35,974 nt of DNA, from positions 1-35,974 of IMG/VR virus record IMGVR_UViG_3300037761_000191. One strand, written 5' to 3'. Position numbers and translations under genes: made by a program. The notes beneath the pieces are model-generated. The model made no database searches. It worked only from the letters and a program-made list of their open reading frames with translations, and had not been told where the DNA came from. This DNA comes from a virus (Duplodnaviria > Caudoviricetes). Below, one piece after another: positions 34,035 to 35,974 of this stretch. Within the stretch, counting starts at the first letter, position 1, and each line of letters begins with the position of its first letter.

Positions 34035-34861
34035 GATGTCTCCTCCAGGCTGTCAGCGGCCGCCTGCAGCCGGGGCAGGTCACGGGCCTCCTGCTCAAGC
34101 ACCGCCCGGTACGCGGACGTGTCCCAGTACGCGTCGACCGCGTCGGTGAACAGCTGGTGCAGGTCATCCGGGTCGAGCGCGTCCAGCTCCACCTGCACCA
34201 GCGCGCCGTGCCGGGCGATGAACCCGGCCGCCCGCGAGTCGGTGAGCTTGCCCGGGTTGACCGGCAGCTCGTAGTCGCGGACCTGCCCGGCGGACAGTGC
34301 GACCCGCACCACCTTCGACCAGCAGCCGGTGCGGTCCAGGAAGTCCCGGTCGATGTCCTCCCCGGACGGGTCGAAGTCACCGGCGTACAGCAGCACCGCC
34401 GGCCGGGCGGCGCCCGACACGTCCACGACCACGTCACCCACGTAGCTCTGGGACGAGTAGCCGCCCAGGGCCAGGATCGGGATGCCAAGGTCACCGAACC
34501 AGTGCTCCAACTGGTCGACCATGCCGGCCTTCTCCACCCCCAGGTAGAGGGACACGTCCTGGCCACGGGTCCGGTCGAGCCGGTACCAGCCGATCAGCCG
34601 GGCCATCGCATCCTCGGGGCTGTCGAACTGCTGGTAGCGGTGGATGGCCCGGCCGCGGTCGATCAGGTCGGGGAACTCGTCGGCGCGGCGGGCTTCGGCG
34701 GTGACCCGCGACAGCCCCTTGTACGCGGTGGTGGTGTTCGGCAGGACCTGCTGGGAGACCAGTCGGTAGAACAGCTGGCGCAGGGTCACCGACGTGTCGT
34801 AGGAGCGGACGATGACGGAGGCCCGGTCGAGGATGGCCGGCCAGTCGATGCGGCGGCTCAT
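34031..34861 (-). CDS. Spo11/Topo VI-A-like protein (WHD Tyr + TOPRIM; Mini-A-like), 276 aa
   Basis: TLRQLFYRL (catalytic-Tyr helix), VEKAG, GGYSS, YAGDFDPSG, RVAL, ELDAL; ATG 34861 overlaps the upstream stop. Confidence 0.82.
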   Translation of the reverse strand: MSRRIDWPAILDRASVIVRSYDTSVTLRQLFYRLVSQQVLPNTTTAYKGLSRVTAEARRADEFPDLIDRGRAIHRYQQFDSPEDAMARLIGWYRLDRTRGQDVSLYLGVEKAGMVDQLEHWFGDLGIPILALGGYSSQSYVGDVVVDVSGAARPAVLLYAGDFDPSGEDIDRDFLDRTGCWSKVVRVALSAGQVRDYELPVNPGKLTDSRAAGFIARHGALVQVELDALDPDDLHQLFTDAVDAYWDTSAYRAVLEQEARDLPRLQAAADSLEETS

Positions 34862-35181
34862 GACGTCACCTCGTTCGGCCAGTAGTTGATGCCACCGGCC
34901 TCCCGCGGCGGTGACCACGTGGAGTCGACGACCCGGCCGTTCGGGGTGGTGCACCACGCGTGATCAAGCTCGCAGTACACGCCACCCTGCCACCACGTCA
35001 ACCGGCCGTAGACCACGGTCAGTTCGGGGTAGCACTCTGCGAGGGTGCGGGACGCCAGGTAGCAGAGGCCAGCCGGGAACCGCGGGTAGTCGCTGACCGG
35101 CCGGTGGTCGTCCCGAACGATGACCCCCGGTCGCAGCCCGAGTTCCTCCAGCCTCAGGGAGAACGCCTCGAAGTCGCTCAC
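34858..35181 (-). CDS. Small papain/transglutaminase-like Cys-His-Asp protein (107 aa)
   Basis: GLCYLAS...V.G...HAWC......VVDSTW; GTG 35181 overlaps the upstream stop. Confidence 0.65.
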   Translation of the reverse strand: MSDFEAFSLRLEELGLRPGVIVRDDHRPVSDYPRFPAGLCYLASRTLAECYPELTVVYGRLTWWQGGVYCELDHAWCTTPNGRVVDSTWSPPREAGGINYWPNEVTS

Positions 35182-35444
35182 GACGTCACCCCGCTCGGCA
35201 GCCGTACCAGCCGGAGGTAGGAGGTGTAGTGGCCGCGTGGCAGGCCGACGGCGACCAGCAGCGTCGCGCCGAGGAGCAGCAGCACCGCCCAGATCGCCAG
35301 CATGAGCAGCCGGGCGACCAGGTCGCGTCGTGGCCACTCCAGCTCGCGGGCCAGCCAGTGCGTGTGGTCGACGACCGGGTCGCCGGGCCGGGGCCACGGG
35401 TAGGCCATGAGGTGCCGCAGGCACGCGGGCAGGGCGGTGATCAT
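35178..35444 (-). CDS. Single-pass membrane protein
   Basis: LLMLAIWAVLLLLGATLLVAVGL; ATGA coupling. Confidence 0.6.
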   Translation of the reverse strand: MITALPACLRHLMAYPWPRPGDPVVDHTHWLARELEWPRRDLVARLLMLAIWAVLLLLGATLLVAVGLPRGHYTSYLRLVRLPSGVTS

Positions 35445-35767
35445 GACGTGCCTGCCACGTCCGCGGCGACGAGCAGCGCCGCCGCCACCTCCCGCGCGGT
35501 CTGTGGGGTCATCAGCTCGGCACCGTCGGCGGTGACCTCCGCGGGCCCGCGGGTGCCGGCGGTCAGGTCGTCGGTGATCGCCACGGACACGGCCACCGTC
35601 TTACCCTCACCGCAGGACGGGTTGGGGAGAGTGATGATCGTGCATGCGTGGGTGCGTAGATCGAACACGGTGAATCCGTCGGCGCTGACGTACCGGTCGA
35701 ACCGGTCGTGCCGGGCATGGTCTGTGGTGCACCACGCCGGGCAGGGGAGTGTGGTTGGCTTGGACAT
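35441..35767 (-). CDS. Actinobacterial CPxWC...H family protein (DUF6907-like)
   Basis: CPAWCTTDH...H...MTPQTAREVAAALLVAAD; GGAGG SD. Confidence 0.7.
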   Translation of the reverse strand: MSKPTTLPCPAWCTTDHARHDRFDRYVSADGFTVFDLRTHACTIITLPNPSCGEGKTVAVSVAITDDLTAGTRGPAEVTADGAELMTPQTAREVAAALLVAADVAGTS

Positions 35768-35830
35768 TGGGGACCTCCGTAGGGTCTCCAGGCCCCGGGA
35801 CCGGTGCGGAACACACCACCCGGGGCCGCT
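35768..35830 (-). promoter_or_regulatory. Structured 5' leader, copy B (overlaps the attR arm)
   Basis: AGCGGCCCCGGG...CCCGGGGCCT...CCCTAC-GGAGG...ATG. Confidence 0.6.
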
Positions 35831-35862
35831 ACTTGGAAGACTGGCCGAAGGCGTTGGTGATC
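35827..35862 (+). other. attR (phage arm 35827-35847 + AA core 35848-35849 + host half)
   Basis: cgctacttggaagactggccg is an inverted match to the attL arm; the host frame resumes at AAG (Lys). Confidence 0.9.
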
Positions 35863-35974
35863 GGTGAGCTGGCGGGCTGGCTGGCCGACCCCGCGGAGGC
35901 CCGCCAATTGGTGGACCGGGTCCTCCAGGAGGCGTCCCGGTTGACCACCGGGCAGCTGCGGGTGCGGCTGCGGA
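35850..35974 (+). pseudogene. Downstream part of interrupted host DUF222 gene
   Basis: (K)ALVIGELAGWLADPAEARQLVDRVLQEASRLTTGQLRVRLR, the DUF222 continuation (LTTGQLRxRL). Confidence 0.8.

Larger units (their letters stand above)
128..35849 (+). mobile_element. Complete-looking temperate siphovirus-like prophage integrated by a large serine recombinase
   Basis: att sites at both ends, integrase adjacent to attL, and replication, packaging, head, tail and lysis modules all present. The host ORF is restored on in-silico excision. Confidence 0.93.

Noticed and set aside
34031-34861. Wadjet (JetD) system or complete topoisomerase VI
   Set aside because: No JetABC/SMC or Top6B ATPase gene is present in the element.
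32786-35830. 12-bp inverted repeat as transposon ends or an invertible segment
   Set aside because: No transposase or invertase lies inside, and similarity extends through to SD and ATG, which fits a shared leader better.

Overview
High-GC (actinomycete-type) DNA containing one apparently complete temperate siphovirus-like prophage (about 35.7 kb, 128-35849). It sits inside a host DUF222/REP13E12-type gene, with 125 bp of that gene visible on each side. attL and attR share an AA crossover core (126-127 and 35848-35849), and removing the element restores the host reading frame (...GDIDMP-K-ALVIGEL...). Left arm, all + strand: large serine integrase, two tandem Zn-finger-like paralogues, an Rv1584c-like recombination directionality factor, PD-(D/E)XK exonuclease, SSB, HARP/J-domain protein, and a primase-polymerase/helicase with an iteron-like origin at its 3' end. 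Middle: HNH, TerS, TerL, HK97 portal, protease and capsid, tail genes, a PhoD phosphatase fused to a tail hub protein, amidase endolysin, membrane lysis genes, an RNase AS-like exonuclease, and a second fibre cassette bracketed by a duplicated holin 5' end. Right arm: small regulators (wHTH, Zn-finger, RHH), several palindromes, and a tightly coupled leftward operon encoding a Cys-His-Asp enzyme, a Spo11/Top6A-like (Mini-A) protein and an ADP-ribosyltransferase-fold protein. No canonical cI/XRE repressor was recognised. Family assignments come from motif recognition only; no database search was run.
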